A stretch of DNA of 64,000 nucleotides, taken from positions 1 through 64,000 of the IMG/VR virus record IMGVR_UViG_3300017774_004344. The stretch is one strand, 5' to 3'. Under the pieces are notes generated by a model. The model saw nothing but the letters and a program-made list of their open reading frames with translations. It did no database searches and had not been told where the DNA came from. This DNA is from a virus. Numbering within the stretch: position 1 is the first letter of the stretch; every line of letters begins with the position of its first letter. Positions 1 to 11,448 of the stretch are shown here, in pieces. A program made the position numbers and the translations under genes.

Positions 1-927
1 AGCGTCAACCCAATCTTGTAACGTATGGCAACGGAACCCGGTAGTTCCCTCAATGACGGTTTCAGTGAACGCACCGTAATCTACCCCGATAAGGGGGGTC
101 CCACACAACATACCCTCAACACCGGACCCACCAAAAGGCTCAGTAAATGTCGTGGGCATAAGGCAAGCACGGGCATTTCGTAGGAAGTCATTTCGTTCTT
201 TACCTTTTAGGGGACCAACATAGCGAATGTTAGGGTGTTGCCACGGGGTAGGGTCCCCCTGACCGGCTAGGAAAATTGGGTATGGCACATGGTCTGCAAG
301 TGCTTTGATTGTGTCTAGGCCCTTAAGGGGAGTGATCCTGCCAAGGAACGCCAAGTATTCCCCGGTCTCAAATGATGGTTGCCAATCATCAAGGTCGAAA
401 TAATTAGGGATGACCCATTCATAGTTAAGGCCGTTCCGATTCTCCTTCCCTTGGTGATAGTGCATCCATGCATAGGATTCGTAAATCTTTTTAGTGCCAA
501 CCATGGTGGTCGGATACCCGATTCCAGTCTCAACATGTGTGTTTTTAGGAAATTCACCCAACAGCATAGAATGGGCATGGCCGAATGGGTGGCAGATTAT
601 ATCACGGGTTTGAACACGTTCGTGTAATGCTGTAATCAGTCGAGATTCAAAAAGCTGGTGCCCCTCGGTCCCGACCGTCGCATCGTCCCCATGGAAACTG
701 GTACCGAGCCGGGTGCCGTATAGTCGGTTAAATTCCGGTTCCGTAAGCATAGTAACATGCTCAGATGCGTTGGCTTCGGAACCTTCGTTGGCGTATTCGA
801 CTACGGTGTAACCCTGCGCCATCATCATCTTTGCAAAGCGTAATGCCTTGCCAGTAAACGCGCAGTGGCTATATTGATGGGTTGGTTGAGTGTGGAAGAT
901 ACCTACAAGGTGGAGGGTTGGTTTCAT
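1..927 (-). CDS. GT4-family (GT-B) glycosyltransferase, truncated by window edge
   Basis: Not in the ORF track. ATG at 927 reads MKPTLHLVGIFHT...FLGRITPLKGL...EPFGGSGVEGMLCGTPLIG; the GR/KG and EPFG...E motifs are typical of GT4. Confidence 0.85.
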   Translation of the reverse strand, partial: MKPTLHLVGIFHTQPTHQYSHCAFTGKALRFAKMMMAQGYTVVEYANEGSEANASEHVTMLTEPEFNRLYGTRLGTSFHGDDATVGTEGHQLFESRLITALHERVQTRDIICHPFGHAHSMLLGEFPKNTHVETGIGYPTTMVGTKKIYESYAWMHYHQGKENRNGLNYEWVIPNYFDLDDWQPSFETGEYLAFLGRITPLKGLDTIKALADHVPYPIFLAGQGDPTPWQHPNIRYVGPLKGKERNDFLRNARACLMPTTFTEPFGGSGVEGMLCGTPLIGVDYGAFTETVIEGTTGFRCHTLQDWVDA

Positions 928-951
928 GGTGGGGTGTTTACTTAATGATAG

Positions 952-2166
952 TTAGGAACTGACAGCATTTTGAACAGTTTGAGCGGTTGTATCGACAGTG
1001 GAGCAATTTTGTATTCGGCTGAGTTCAGGCGTGAGATTAGTTCTTACTGCTGCGGGAATGTTCGTTAACTGGGCGTCTAGATTGTCGGTTGCCAGTCCCA
1101 TGGCTGAGCGAACACTTGCAGCTGTCAAGATTGCCTCGCCAACTCCATTGCCCACCGGCACCCCTAATGCCACAGACGCAGTAGCGGGAACCGCCAGGGT
1201 GCCGGTATTTTCGTTGTTGGGACCATAGACCGTGCCGCTGCGGACATTGGCGGTGACGGGATAGTTACCAGTCGGGATGTTGTCACTGGTAAATAGACTT
1301 CGCTTGGTGGTGCCGTTGCTGGCCGCCACCTCGTAATACGTGGGAATCTGCGTCGGCGCCCAGCGCCAGGATTGCGCCTGGATCGGGTTGATGTTGCCCG
1401 ATGCGCCAAGCAGAAAGGGACCACTGAGGCGGGTGTTCTGGTTAGGAGAACCTGCGCCGATGGCGGGTGCGGTTGTGCTGGATTGGCAGATACCGGTAAC
1501 GGTGAGGGTGCCCGATCCACCATTTGTGATGCCTGAGGCGCCTGCACCTGTGACATTGCCGTTTACGCTCACGGTGCCGGTGGTCATCGTAATCCCAAGC
1601 CCTACGGAAACCCCTCCGGTAACGTTTCCGACAATGCTTATAGTTGCCGCGCCGCTAACGATCATCCCATGCCCTGTCCCAACGCCCCCGGTGACATTTC
1701 CGGTTACGTTTAATACCCCTGTGCCTGATACTGTTATGGCGAAAGTGCCGCTGCCTGTAAGGCTCCCGCCCGCTAAATTCCCGGTTATGCTTAAGGTGCC
1801 GGCGGTTGAGAATGAAACGCTACCGCAATTATTGAACGCGACTGCATGTGAAATTATCGCCGCCACGCTTGCCGAGCTTCCCAAGCCAAGGCTTGGCGTC
1901 GTGATGCAGCTAGTTGCCGTTGCACCCTGAACCACTCCGTTTGCATTGGTACAAGTAAGATTGCACCCGTTAAGCAGCGAAAACGTGCCGCCTGCGGTGA
2001 TGCCGGTGCCTGCGGCATTGCTGATTGCCTGCACTGTGCGGGCATTGGAAACCGTAACCGTAAATGTATTGGCAAAGGCCACATCGCCTGATCCCGGCAC
2101 CACGCCGCCATTCCAGGTTGCGGTAGAAGAAAAGTCGCCGGATTGCGTTGCTCGAATATCAGCCAT
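952..2166 (-). CDS. Gly/Thr-rich beta-helical virion/fibre protein
   Basis: 404 aa with repeated GNVTGG/ITVSG units; structural gene context. Confidence 0.55.
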   Translation of the reverse strand: MADIRATQSGDFSSTATWNGGVVPGSGDVAFANTFTVTVSNARTVQAISNAAGTGITAGGTFSLLNGCNLTCTNANGVVQGATATSCITTPSLGLGSSASVAAIISHAVAFNNCGSVSFSTAGTLSITGNLAGGSLTGSGTFAITVSGTGVLNVTGNVTGGVGTGHGMIVSGAATISIVGNVTGGVSVGLGITMTTGTVSVNGNVTGAGASGITNGGSGTLTVTGICQSSTTAPAIGAGSPNQNTRLSGPFLLGASGNINPIQAQSWRWAPTQIPTYYEVAASNGTTKRSLFTSDNIPTGNYPVTANVRSGTVYGPNNENTGTLAVPATASVALGVPVGNGVGEAILTAASVRSAMGLATDNLDAQLTNIPAAVRTNLTPELSRIQNCSTVDTTAQTVQNAVSS

Positions 2167-2168
2167 CT

Positions 2169-2474
2169 TTACACCTTTTCATTAAGGTATTCTTGGGCTG
2201 CGGCCTCCAGTCGTCCCAGGAATTTCAATAGCGCCAGATCCCCTTCCTGAGAAAGCGCAGCCGCCGCTTCCATGGCATCAGCAAAAACAATGGAAGCTCG
2301 CCCTGCCTCTAGGATTTCCGGCCCCATACTCCCGTTTCGATATGGCGTGAAGCTAGCTGCAATGTCCAGTACCATCCTGTCATGGCGTGGAGAGGTGCTC
2401 ATTGCCAGTGACACCCCGAGCAGGTTGTAAATGACCCCATCAATCTGAGGGGGTTGAGGATTAGAGAGTGCCAT
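2169..2474 (-). CDS. hypothetical protein
   Basis: 101 aa ORF tightly packed between its neighbours. Confidence 0.6.
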   Translation of the reverse strand: MALSNPQPPQIDGVIYNLLGVSLAMSTSPRHDRMVLDIAASFTPYRNGSMGPEILEAGRASIVFADAMEAAAALSQEGDLALLKFLGRLEAAAQEYLNEKV

Positions 2475-4442
2475 TTATGTGTAAATAATGGTTGTTCGGT
2501 CGATCCAGGCTACGTTGGTTGCAGTCCCAGTGGATGATATAATTCCCGATAGTGTGAATATAGTTAGGTATATTTTCCAGACTGATTGGGTAGGCAAAGA
2601 ACCGGAGATTGCCCTTCCGACATACAGCGTATTTGGGGTTGAAGTTGCATCAATTAAAACAGCTCCGGATCCGGAGCCCGACCCTGCAGGCCCAGTAGCA
2701 CCGATTGGGCCCGACACTCCAGTTATACCCTGGGGCCCAGTTGCTCCGGTGGTTCCGATCCCAGTGGCACCGATGACACCAGTTGCCCCTGTCACCCCGA
2801 TAGGGCCAGTTGCTCCCGTAGATCCTTGAGCACCGTTCACTAGTGCAAGGAATAATGAATGGTTATTGCTGAAATTGGTTGTCCCTAACCCGGAAGAATT
2901 CAGCAGGGATACAGGATATTGCCAGTAACTATTTGGGGTGCTAGGGTTTATGTTGGATGGTGTGCCATTAATCACCCAAGTTTGGTAATTCGAACTATCA
3001 TTTTTATCTTGTATAGTAATTTTTTCAGTCTGTGTTAAATTCGATAAGAAAATATCGATGTCTGTGTTGTCGTCCGTTAAATGACTAATGTTTAATGCGG
3101 TTGAGCTGATTTGTGTGGCATTGTTCCAGATTAAGTTTCCCTGGCCGGGATCTCCCGTAGTGGCCGTAGTTTTGGCGCTATATAAGAATAGACTAGAAGA
3201 ATACCCTTGGGGACCAGTGGCCCCTGTGCTACCTGATAAACCAGTCGCCCCAGTGGTTCCAACCCCTGTAGCCCCAGTCGCCCCCGTTGTGCCAACGATG
3301 CCAGTTGCTCCAGTTGCTCCAGACACCCCGAAACCTGTTGCCCCTATCGCACCTGTGGCACCTATTGCCCCAGTAGCCCCAGAAGTTCCAACTCCTGCAG
3401 GCCCGGTGGCCCCGGTTGCTCCAGCGGCACCGGTAGCACCTATTGCTCCTGATGCCCCGGTTGCTCCGGGCGGCCCAAAACCTGACGCACCTGTGGCACC
3501 CATCGCCCCAGTCGCACCGGTAGCTCCAGATGCCCCAAATCCTGATACACCTGTTGCCCCAACGACGCCAGTAGCTCCAACCGCACCGGTTGCACCAGTA
3601 GCTCCGAAACCTGAAGCTCCGGTAGAACCTATAGCGCCAGTAGCTCCAACCGCACCGGTTGCACCAGTAGCTCCATCCGCTCCGAAACCTGACGCCCCAG
3701 TTGCCCCCGTAGCTCCAGACGCCCCAAAACCAGTCGCACCAGTTATACCAATAGGCCCAGTTGCTCCAACCGCACCAGACGCCCCGGTAGCTCCCATCGT
3801 CCCGGCAACCCCAGTTGCCCCAATTGGTCCCGAAGCCCCGGTGGCACCAGCTACCCCAGTAGGACCAGTGTCCCCACGGAAGCTAGACACCCATTGGCCA
3901 CCTGAAAGGTCAACATACCATACTGAGAGATAGGAAGACAAGGTATCAAACCATAGGTCACCTTCAATTGGGTTTTGAGGTTCTGATGCAGAAACCGTTA
4001 CCGGGGGACTTATTTGAGGTGTTTGACCGGACACTAATATCCAGTTAGAACCACTCAGGGAGTCAACCCAGACATACAAGCTGTTATTTGTAGTGCGATA
4101 CCAGAGGGCGCCGTTTACAGGGTTCGATGGGGCAGATGCCGACACGGAAACGCACGGGGTACATCCGCCAGGGGTCGAAGTGACTTCTTTCCACTGCCCG
4201 GGGATTCCAGGTTCTAGGACCCAAATATATAAAATTTCGCTTACAGTATTAAACCAAAAAGACCCTTGGAGAATTGGTGGCGCAGGTTGAGAAGCAGAGA
4301 CGTAGATCGGGACTGTAGTCGGTTCAGGCTCAGATAGGTTAATCCATTGCCTCCCGTTCCAACGATAGTCAGATCCCTGCCATGTGAAAGTTTCCCCTGG
4401 TGTCGGATTTGGTGGAAAATTAGTTGGAAAATTATTGGTCAT
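2475..4442 (-). CDS. collagen-like (Gly-X-Thr) fibre protein
   Basis: Long GAT/GxT triplet runs, N-terminal NFPxNPxxG motif, three SxxxPxxPxxGxLW repeats. Confidence 0.8.
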   Translation of the reverse strand: MTNNFPTNFPPNPTPGETFTWQGSDYRWNGRQWINLSEPEPTTVPIYVSASQPAPPILQGSFWFNTVSEILYIWVLEPGIPGQWKEVTSTPGGCTPCVSVSASAPSNPVNGALWYRTTNNSLYVWVDSLSGSNWILVSGQTPQISPPVTVSASEPQNPIEGDLWFDTLSSYLSVWYVDLSGGQWVSSFRGDTGPTGVAGATGASGPIGATGVAGTMGATGASGAVGATGPIGITGATGFGASGATGATGASGFGADGATGATGAVGATGAIGSTGASGFGATGATGAVGATGVVGATGVSGFGASGATGATGAMGATGASGFGPPGATGASGAIGATGAAGATGATGPAGVGTSGATGAIGATGAIGATGFGVSGATGATGIVGTTGATGATGVGTTGATGLSGSTGATGPQGYSSSLFLYSAKTTATTGDPGQGNLIWNNATQISSTALNISHLTDDNTDIDIFLSNLTQTEKITIQDKNDSSNYQTWVINGTPSNINPSTPNSYWQYPVSLLNSSGLGTTNFSNNHSLFLALVNGAQGSTGATGPIGVTGATGVIGATGIGTTGATGPQGITGVSGPIGATGPAGSGSGSGAVLIDATSTPNTLYVGRAISGSLPTQSVWKIYLTIFTLSGIISSTGTATNVAWIDRTTIIYT

Positions 4443-4443
4443 T

Positions 4444-4674
4444 TTAGACTTCAGGGGGTAGTGACCGGGGGTTCAAAATACCGCCACTCGGTTGTATTTT
4501 CTGTATTAAAACACCAAGGTCATGATACACGTCAAAGATATCGACCATTTTGTAAGCTCGGACAACATCAACAATGCCATCTTTTCGAATAACCGTGTGA
4601 CAATCCGAAGTTAATTGCCCAGGGATAATGTCATAGAGCTTAACATCTTCAGCAACGACTTTCACCTTTGACAT
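4444..4674 (-). CDS. cyanophage-type hypothetical protein
   Basis: [17 protein letters not shown]...GGILNPR. The start is probably ATG 4674, 28 nt downstream of the GGGTAAAA motif, rather than 4713. Confidence 0.6.
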   Translation of the reverse strand: MSKVKVVAEDVKLYDIIPGQLTSDCHTVIRKDGIVDVVRAYKMVDIFDVYHDLGVLIQKIQPSGGILNPRSLPPEV

Positions 4675-4717
4675 TTGATTTGGGGTTAAACCTTTGGATA
4701 CTTTTACCCCCATACAC

Positions 4718-4819
4718 TCATAAAAGGAACAGAGCTAGCAATGGTACAACCATTATTAAAACAGCAATTATAAAGCCCCCCACCTCATTAGCAAGGGGCC
4801 ACAGACTATCAGGTTCCAT
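4718..4819 (-). CDS. 33-aa single-pass membrane peptide
   Basis: Read by hand: MEPDSLWPLANEVGGFIIAVLIMVVPLLALFLL*, preceded by GGGTAAAA at 4868-4875. Confidence 0.55.
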   Translation of the reverse strand: MEPDSLWPLANEVGGFIIAVLIMVVPLLALFLL

Positions 4820-4963
4820 GTTTGTTTGTTTGTGGTGTCACTTTCATTTGGGTCTTCACTGAGAGAGTTTTACCCCCCCATTTTTTGGTACGTCAATCTG
4901 TGGCCGATTCTACTCACTCAATGTATACATTGCAATATAGAGTTGAGATGTTGGCGCGTTGAT

Positions 4964-7900
4964 TTACAGCTCCTCATTGTACGGCGTAAACCCGAATTTT
5001 CCGTCGTTTTCATAAAAGAACATTGCTCCGAATTCCACGTCGTAAGTCTGTGATTTGTCATCAAAGTAGAACTTTAATAGAGCATTGGAAGTGTATGGAT
5101 CAATAAGGGTCAAGTCCAAGTCGGGAACTTCAATGGGGAACACGTACTTCCTCCAAAATGGGGGGATGTTAAATTTAGTATGGAAACCTCCATCAGCCCT
5201 GAAGTTGTTACCACTTGTCCCGGCATAGAACTGGGTGAACAAAGAGACCGAGTTTTTTCTGTTTGATCTGGCCCAAAGGCATAAAAACATCTTTTTGCCT
5301 CTGAGCTTGTCTAGTTCTTGAGGGTAACCCACTCTTGCTGCCCATGCTCTAAACTCGCAAGTTTGGAAAGTATATGACGTTACCCCCGCCTCAGCCGCCT
5401 TTTGGAACCTATAGATGTAGTAGGATGGGTTTATCTGCCCTGCAGTGTAAGACCCCTGGCCAGCTCGTAAATCGATAACAACATCATTTTTTGTTCGTCT
5501 GATTATATATATTGGCTTCTGAATGGAGGCACTGGGGCCCAATTTAATAGAATTAGATCGGTCGGCAAAGAAAAAATCCGTTTCTGCAGCAGCAGGGGAA
5601 TATACAAGGGTGTCCGGCGGCAGGGACCCTAGATTTACAATACTAAATGCGCGAGTTTGGGGCTTCAATATTGTTAGCAACCCGTACCTGGAAACAGGTT
5701 TAGTTATTCTAATCTGCTGCATGTACCCTTGGAAGAAGTCGGTTGCCCCCGAAAACCCCCCGCGACCCATGATTGGTCTGTTAAACCCGGAAATTATAAA
5801 CCTTCCGCTAAACGAAATGGTCAGCTCCAGGGTAGTATCAATATAGACTCTAGCCACACTTCTGGTTATAGTCATACGGATTTCAGTGAAGGCATTTATC
5901 GGGATGACGCGCGTACTGGTGGCGTCTATGGTTTGTCCGCTTGTGCTGCGATTCCTGGCTAGCGCTAGCTTTCCATTTGCGTCAAGAATGAGCGCGAACG
6001 GGGCAGATTCAGACGTAGCCCCAAAGTCAATCAGGGTTTGACTTACATTGTTCCTAAGCGGATAAACCAAAAACTCTAAAGTTAGATCATCTGTGCCAAA
6101 GTAAAACGGAGCAGCGACGTTGTTGTTGTCAGCTACACCCACAGTCAACAATGCGTTTGTTCCATTAAAAGAGAAGCTACCCGTACCAAACTTATAAACA
6201 GATGTGTTGATTGTGACGTTTGTGTTATTTAAGGTTAAGGCCCTTGTGCTTCTATCGACAAACTCATTTCCTTGAAGTAAAAGTACATTGCTAGGGAAAT
6301 AAGTATCTATGTTGTCCTCGGTTCCTTCAGGTGTGAAATTAGCCTTAGAAGGGTTTTTTAGTAAATTTATAACGGGTTGTTCATTCTGTGAGAAGGTTTC
6401 AAATTGGTTCGTTCGGTGGACCGTATTCCCGCTCAAAAGAGCATCGTTGTATTCAAATTCAAACTCACTATTAATTGAATATACAGACTCTCTTGTGCAG
6501 CCGTCTAGACCGTTACCGGTTATCTTGAATCCCGTGCAACGCTCCAGGACAATAGAAGCGTAAGGCCTGATGTAAAGCCTTCTGCCATTTGATTCGTACC
6601 TCCTAAGGTAAGTTGAACTTGACCCCCCGTTGTCGCATCCTCGCACCATGTTATTGGTGCCGATAACCCAATCTTTGCAGCTAATAGCTTTAATGTGAGT
6701 AGAAATATCCACGGGACTATCGGGCATATAGTATTTGCCCCTTGGCGGGACGCGCCGCCCACCTCGAAAAAAGAAGCAGCCGCTTATTGTCCAGTAATCG
6801 GAGCGATCAGCGCTTATTGCAGCGTACCCGCAGGTATCCCAGTAGACAGTGCTCCATACATTGTCTGGAGAGAACAAGGCGGTAACACCATGCTCATGAA
6901 TGTATTCAATTCTCCCGTTAGTGTAGGTATTAGCGGCAGTTCCGCCCCTCATTTGCAGGCCAATTCTTGTGTTGTAGATATAGAAACTCTGTAACCGTGA
7001 GTCGAACATATTGTCAGAAGAAATCCCTACATCACACGCATTAATAAAGAAGTTTTCAAAAATGTGGACGTTGCTAGGCCCATCAACTTTGACACCTGCA
7101 GCACCCCTAAAGTTTCTTACTGTAAAATTGCTCATCTTAACACTCCATTCACACGCAACCCCATTAGCGTATCTGCCGCCAAGGGGAGTGCCTGAAATGA
7201 GGCCTTCGGCGGAGATCGCCAGACCGGAAGGTAATGCCTTTGCGCTAAAGGTGCAGCCTGATACAGTAGCCTCAACCTGATAAGAATATGGCTGGCCTTT
7301 AACGGCTACGGGAAGATTCCAAATCAAGGATGTCTTCAACTGTGGTCTCACTGCCCAGGTATTTCCGGAGAAGCTCATGAGTCCGCTTACTGACTTCCCG
7401 GTTGAATCGGTGCCAATAAGGAAGAATGAGAAGTTTCCAGAAGTTGTAGGCGTCCCTGTTATAAGGGCCCTTATGCCATCGGTTGAAAGATTTAATCCCG
7501 GAGCGGGAGAAGTCGTGGTTGGGTACCCAGGCTGATTGTTCCCGGTAGAACGAGCGGGGTCAATTTGCCAGGTGAACGGGCCAACTCCGCCGACAGGGTA
7601 AATGATCCCCCGGTAAGCCACCCCTACAGCCGCATCTGAAAGGCTGCCGTACAGGGAAGGGAACGCGGTATTTTCAACCGTTAAATCTATCAAGATTTCA
7701 TCAATGAGAGTATTGGCCTCAAAGTTGACCGTACTGGTGGTACTTGTTATTGCTACTTTCAGCGTGTACTGTCCGAACGAGTTGGCAGTGGGGGTGCCGG
7801 TAACCTCTCCGGTAGTAAGGTTCATTACCAGACCTTCAGGTCCATTCACTATCCACCAATAATGGGAAACGCCATCATTGTTGAGAACATTGAAGGTATA

Positions 7901-9325
7901 CTTATAGGCTTGATTTATGGTAGCGGGAGGAATACCAACTAAGGGCAATTCTATGTATTTCCCGGTAACCTCCAGGATGAGGTCTCGCTGCGCTGTGCTG
8001 CCGCTAGCATCAGCTACACGAATCGTTACAAACTGCTTGCCAATTACAGCTGTTGCGGCGTCACAGGTAACCCATCCAGACTTCGATACGGCAAACCCGG
8101 TAGGGATGGTGCCGCTTATAACATCCCACTGGTAGGGGTTGGCGGGTGTGATCTGAGTATAAGTGGAAGTTCCTGGGCCAATGCCGGTAACATTGCCACC
8201 CATTGCTTTTAGCTGAAAGCCTGCATACCAGGCATCACCATATTGGTGCGATGGTATCACTAGAGTCTCTAGCTCTAGAGGCTTGTTTTGCTTGGGGTCA
8301 GTGGGATCAATGACATATAGCTCACCGTTAAACGCATAAGATCCTCCAACTCCTAAAGGGGAGGTTGCAATTTTGATGATTGGATACCATGACCCGAAGG
8401 CCATCTCATACCCATCGACCACGATTCCATCCAACTTAGAGGCGTCTCCTCTCAGGGCAACAGCGCAGTTGTAGTCATTTGGCCGGTATAAGACGCAATC
8501 TGGATCCACATAAATGACTGTGGGGACAGCTACGTTGTAATCCCCAGCAAAACTGGAATCTTGGGCAGGATACACTAAAGTATTATTATTCCCCTGGATT
8601 GTTATTCTTGCGCCCACCTCAAGGTATCTTTTAATTCTGCAGTTTCCATTTATCTGGACGACACTGGTTCTTCCGACAAACCATTTACCAACCGTTGCTA
8701 TGCTGTTTATGTTGTAAACTACGTCCAGGGCTTTTTGTATTGATGGGTAGTCGTCGGCAATTCTGTTACCAACACAGCCGAAAAAATCAGCAGAAATAAA
8801 GTCATCCCATACCCTTCTCCACACTCCATTAGTGCCGGGGGCAGTCTCACCAACCCCGTTAAGAAAATTCTCAAGATTTGCCCTGGTCCCATTGTATGGA
8901 ACCGTGGGACTTATGAAAGTTCCGCCATCGTGAAGTGATTTAGGGGTGTCTGCTTCCCACTGAAACCATCCGCTTCCACGTGTGGTTTCGTATGGAGATG
9001 TTAAGATCAATACCGCTTCCTGATAGGAAACATAAAACCTTTTAACAAACACCATCCCCGACGTTGGGGCGGTTTGAAGATCTGAGATTGACCCAATTAT
9101 ACCTGATCCCCCTGTCTTTTCAACGAAGTCAGTATCTAAAATTCCGTTCCAGAACCAATACTCCGTAAGTTGCCCTGAAATGTACACCCCCGCAGTTAAA
9201 CCCTGGTAGCGAATAATGGGCTCAATGACCGATAACGCTTCGGCCGTGCTGTCGTAAGGCCCATAGCGTTCGTCAATTGCCTTGGGAGCTTGAACAATTA
9301 GGTTGTCATTTAGATTGATTGCCAT
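4964..9325 (-). CDS. large tail fibre/spike: pectate-lyase-like beta-helix, putative Ig (He_PIG-like) repeats, LamG-like domain
   Basis: FGCVGNRIADDYPSIQKALD; repeated GLxxxxxGxISGTP; KFGTGSFSFNG...FQGYMQQIRITK. Confidence 0.75.
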   Translation of the reverse strand: MAINLNDNLIVQAPKAIDERYGPYDSTAEALSVIEPIIRYQGLTAGVYISGQLTEYWFWNGILDTDFVEKTGGSGIIGSISDLQTAPTSGMVFVKRFYVSYQEAVLILTSPYETTRGSGWFQWEADTPKSLHDGGTFISPTVPYNGTRANLENFLNGVGETAPGTNGVWRRVWDDFISADFFGCVGNRIADDYPSIQKALDVVYNINSIATVGKWFVGRTSVVQINGNCRIKRYLEVGARITIQGNNNTLVYPAQDSSFAGDYNVAVPTVIYVDPDCVLYRPNDYNCAVALRGDASKLDGIVVDGYEMAFGSWYPIIKIATSPLGVGGSYAFNGELYVIDPTDPKQNKPLELETLVIPSHQYGDAWYAGFQLKAMGGNVTGIGPGTSTYTQITPANPYQWDVISGTIPTGFAVSKSGWVTCDAATAVIGKQFVTIRVADASGSTAQRDLILEVTGKYIELPLVGIPPATINQAYKYTFNVLNNDGVSHYWWIVNGPEGLVMNLTTGEVTGTPTANSFGQYTLKVAITSTTSTVNFEANTLIDEILIDLTVENTAFPSLYGSLSDAAVGVAYRGIIYPVGGVGPFTWQIDPARSTGNNQPGYPTTTSPAPGLNLSTDGIRALITGTPTTSGNFSFFLIGTDSTGKSVSGLMSFSGNTWAVRPQLKTSLIWNLPVAVKGQPYSYQVEATVSGCTFSAKALPSGLAISAEGLISGTPLGGRYANGVACEWSVKMSNFTVRNFRGAAGVKVDGPSNVHIFENFFINACDVGISSDNMFDSRLQSFYIYNTRIGLQMRGGTAANTYTNGRIEYIHEHGVTALFSPDNVWSTVYWDTCGYAAISADRSDYWTISGCFFFRGGRRVPPRGKYYMPDSPVDISTHIKAISCKDWVIGTNNMVRGCDNGGSSSTYLRRYESNGRRLYIRPYASIVLERCTGFKITGNGLDGCTRESVYSINSEFEFEYNDALLSGNTVHRTNQFETFSQNEQPVINLLKNPSKANFTPEGTEDNIDTYFPSNVLLLQGNEFVDRSTRALTLNNTNVTINTSVYKFGTGSFSFNGTNALLTVGVADNNNVAAPFYFGTDDLTLEFLVYPLRNNVSQTLIDFGATSESAPFALILDANGKLALARNRSTSGQTIDATSTRVIPINAFTEIRMTITRSVARVYIDTTLELTISFSGRFIISGFNRPIMGRGGFSGATDFFQGYMQQIRITKPVSRYGLLTILKPQTRAFSIVNLGSLPPDTLVYSPAAAETDFFFADRSNSIKLGPSASIQKPIYIIRRTKNDVVIDLRAGQGSYTAGQINPSYYIYRFQKAAEAGVTSYTFQTCEFRAWAARVGYPQELDKLRGKKMFLCLWARSNRKNSVSLFTQFYAGTSGNNFRADGGFHTKFNIPPFWRKYVFPIEVPDLDLTLIDPYTSNALLKFYFDDKSQTYDVEFGAMFFYENDGKFGFTPYNEEL

Positions 9326-9489
9326 TCTGGTATCTAATCAGGGGGGGTTCTAGTTACTTAATTGAGTCAAGCTTTTGCTTTTACGCGACTTGGTGAGCTT
9401 TCCACCGAATATTGAAAATACATTACAATAAATTCTACCCGCTTTGCTGGTTTGAGTTAGGTAAGGGCACATGGGAACAAAACGTACTA

Positions 9490-10128
9490 TCATATTCGCT
9501 GTAACTCCATGTTTACGGTGTAAAAACCTTTTTCTAGCATATATGAACTTTCTTCTGGCGCGTAGTATGGCTCGCTACTAAGGTCAATGAGTATACTGGG
9601 TACTGCACCTTGCTGAGTGGCGGCTGTTGTATTTAACTTAAAGCCCCCGGCAATAACTTCTACGTTTTCAATTGAAACTATTACTGGGGAAAGTTCATCC
9701 CAGGTAGCCGCCACAACATAGTCAACATTCGCATCAAGCTCTGGGCCGTTGGTAATGTCGAACCAACAATAATACGGCGCTACGGTTGGGGTGGTATCTG
9801 TAATGCAAGTAGCTGAGGCTAGGAAATCTTGCTGCCAAATGAGAACGGGGAGCCCAGGATTAGTAAAGTCCCATATTCCCACTGAATGATCCAAGGTAGA
9901 CGGTTGGTTGATCCGGGGCATTGCGGTAGGGTCAGCCTGAGTCGGCTTGTATATTCCAATGCGAGTAAGTTGTCGGTTAAAATCTGTGGTGAAATGGTAC
10001 CCTAGAATATAGGGTCCATCCGCCACTTCACGTTCGCTTACGTTTACGACAGGGGCCGTAGTGAACCCGAATGCCACCTCTATAGTGGGAGATGGGCTTG
10101 TCCAATATGGATTTAGTATGAAGGGCAT
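9490..10128 (-). CDS. beta-sandwich virion protein (DUF4082-like)
   Basis: LGYHFTT...IGIYK...HSVGIWD...YVVAA pattern. Confidence 0.45.
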   Translation of the reverse strand: MPFILNPYWTSPSPTIEVAFGFTTAPVVNVSEREVADGPYILGYHFTTDFNRQLTRIGIYKPTQADPTAMPRINQPSTLDHSVGIWDFTNPGLPVLIWQQDFLASATCITDTTPTVAPYYCWFDITNGPELDANVDYVVAATWDELSPVIVSIENVEVIAGGFKLNTTAATQQGAVPSILIDLSSEPYYAPEESSYMLEKGFYTVNMELQRI

Positions 10129-10129
10129 A

Positions 10130-11257
10130 TCAAGAATTTAGTAGTTGTATAGTGCCGCTCGTATTCGTGGCGTAGTCGCTGATGTAAATTTTATAGCTGA
10201 TGCCGGACCAATACCCATTCGGGGAATTAACAGCTCGGGTGTTCGGGGGCAGGATGAAATTTCCGGCACCAATCGACCCTTGGTTCAAAGGTGTATTAAA
10301 CCATTTTGTCTTTGTGGTATCTGCTGCAGGATGAGCGAACCAAATATATTCTGCTGAAGCGTCAAATGTAGCACTAATCGCCCCGCTTGCCGAAGCAAGA
10401 ACTTTCGTAGTCGTACCAGCTGCGATTGACGCTGCGATTGACTCTGCGGACGGTGCTGCCGAGGACTTACCCCAGAAGTAAGGGTAGATGCCGTTAATAG
10501 ATGCCGAACTCGAAGTTAAAGAGCCTGTGGTCTGTGGGGCATTGGCGGATAGTAATGCTGGGGGACGGGCATCGGTAGACCCTTTATTAGTTTTCTTTGC
10601 TAGGCCCGATGAGAAACCGCCAGTACCATCCCAAGTTGTTGTGCCCGCCGTCACGGTCAGGTCATTGGTATAACTGTGGGGGTAGGAAAAGTTCGGGTTG
10701 TTCGGGTTGGTGTAGCCGAATTGATCCGGTACATTCGCGTGGGGGGAACCCTGTGGACTAGATACGCTGCTTATCGTAGAGCCATCGTTCCTAAGGGTTA
10801 AAGTTCCGAAGACCCCTGCATCGTTTTTGATCCCAGTGACCATCAGGGCTTGAGAAAGTGAAGACCCGATCTCTTTGGTTCCGGATTGAGAAAAGGAAAG
10901 GGAAATTGTGGGGATTGTATATGTTGGTTGCAAAGTGGGGAACAAAATCGCATCTAAAACCTGGACAAGGTTTCTCGTCTTCCACACAGATGCGGGCTGA
11001 GCGATTGCACCCCCGACAGGGACGCTTTGTTCCGCATCGGTTACTAAGGTATTATATTGCGTTGACAGGTTTTGATCAGTTAAGGTAAGGCCAACATTGG
11101 GGTCGATGGTCACCAGAGTTTCATCACCTCCGCCTTGAGGGACAATTTCCCATGTCAAAGCTGCAGCGTTCCACTTGTATTGATTAACGCCGGGGACGGG
11201 GATTTCCGGGAATAATTGCCCATTGGTGGGGCTATCTGGGAAGACGATCACCGTCAT
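10130..11257 (-). CDS. virion structural protein
   Basis: N-terminal FPDSPTNGQ motif shared with other fibre genes; Ser/Thr-rich. Confidence 0.6.
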   Translation of the reverse strand: MTVIVFPDSPTNGQLFPEIPVPGVNQYKWNAAALTWEIVPQGGGDETLVTIDPNVGLTLTDQNLSTQYNTLVTDAEQSVPVGGAIAQPASVWKTRNLVQVLDAILFPTLQPTYTIPTISLSFSQSGTKEIGSSLSQALMVTGIKNDAGVFGTLTLRNDGSTISSVSSPQGSPHANVPDQFGYTNPNNPNFSYPHSYTNDLTVTAGTTTWDGTGGFSSGLAKKTNKGSTDARPPALLSANAPQTTGSLTSSSASINGIYPYFWGKSSAAPSAESIAASIAAGTTTKVLASASGAISATFDASAEYIWFAHPAADTTKTKWFNTPLNQGSIGAGNFILPPNTRAVNSPNGYWSGISYKIYISDYATNTSGTIQLLNS

Positions 11258-11448
11258 TGCGAACTAGATGGGGGCACTGTCTAGTTTTACCCTTGTTGCG
11301 GTTAGTTTGGATAAAACATGGGGAATAGATGCCGGGAGTAAAAGTTCAGTCGTTGTTGGGCTGCTATAGCGAAACCCTTGGGACTTGGCCCATTTGAGCA
11401 GAGACTGCTCAAGGTCGAAGCATTCTCCGAGGGTGGCGTGGTGGTTGT

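Noticed and set aside
2488-3933. Plus-strand Pro/Val/Ala-rich ORFs (PVAPVAP)
   Set aside because: Antisense shadows of the GAT collagen repeats.
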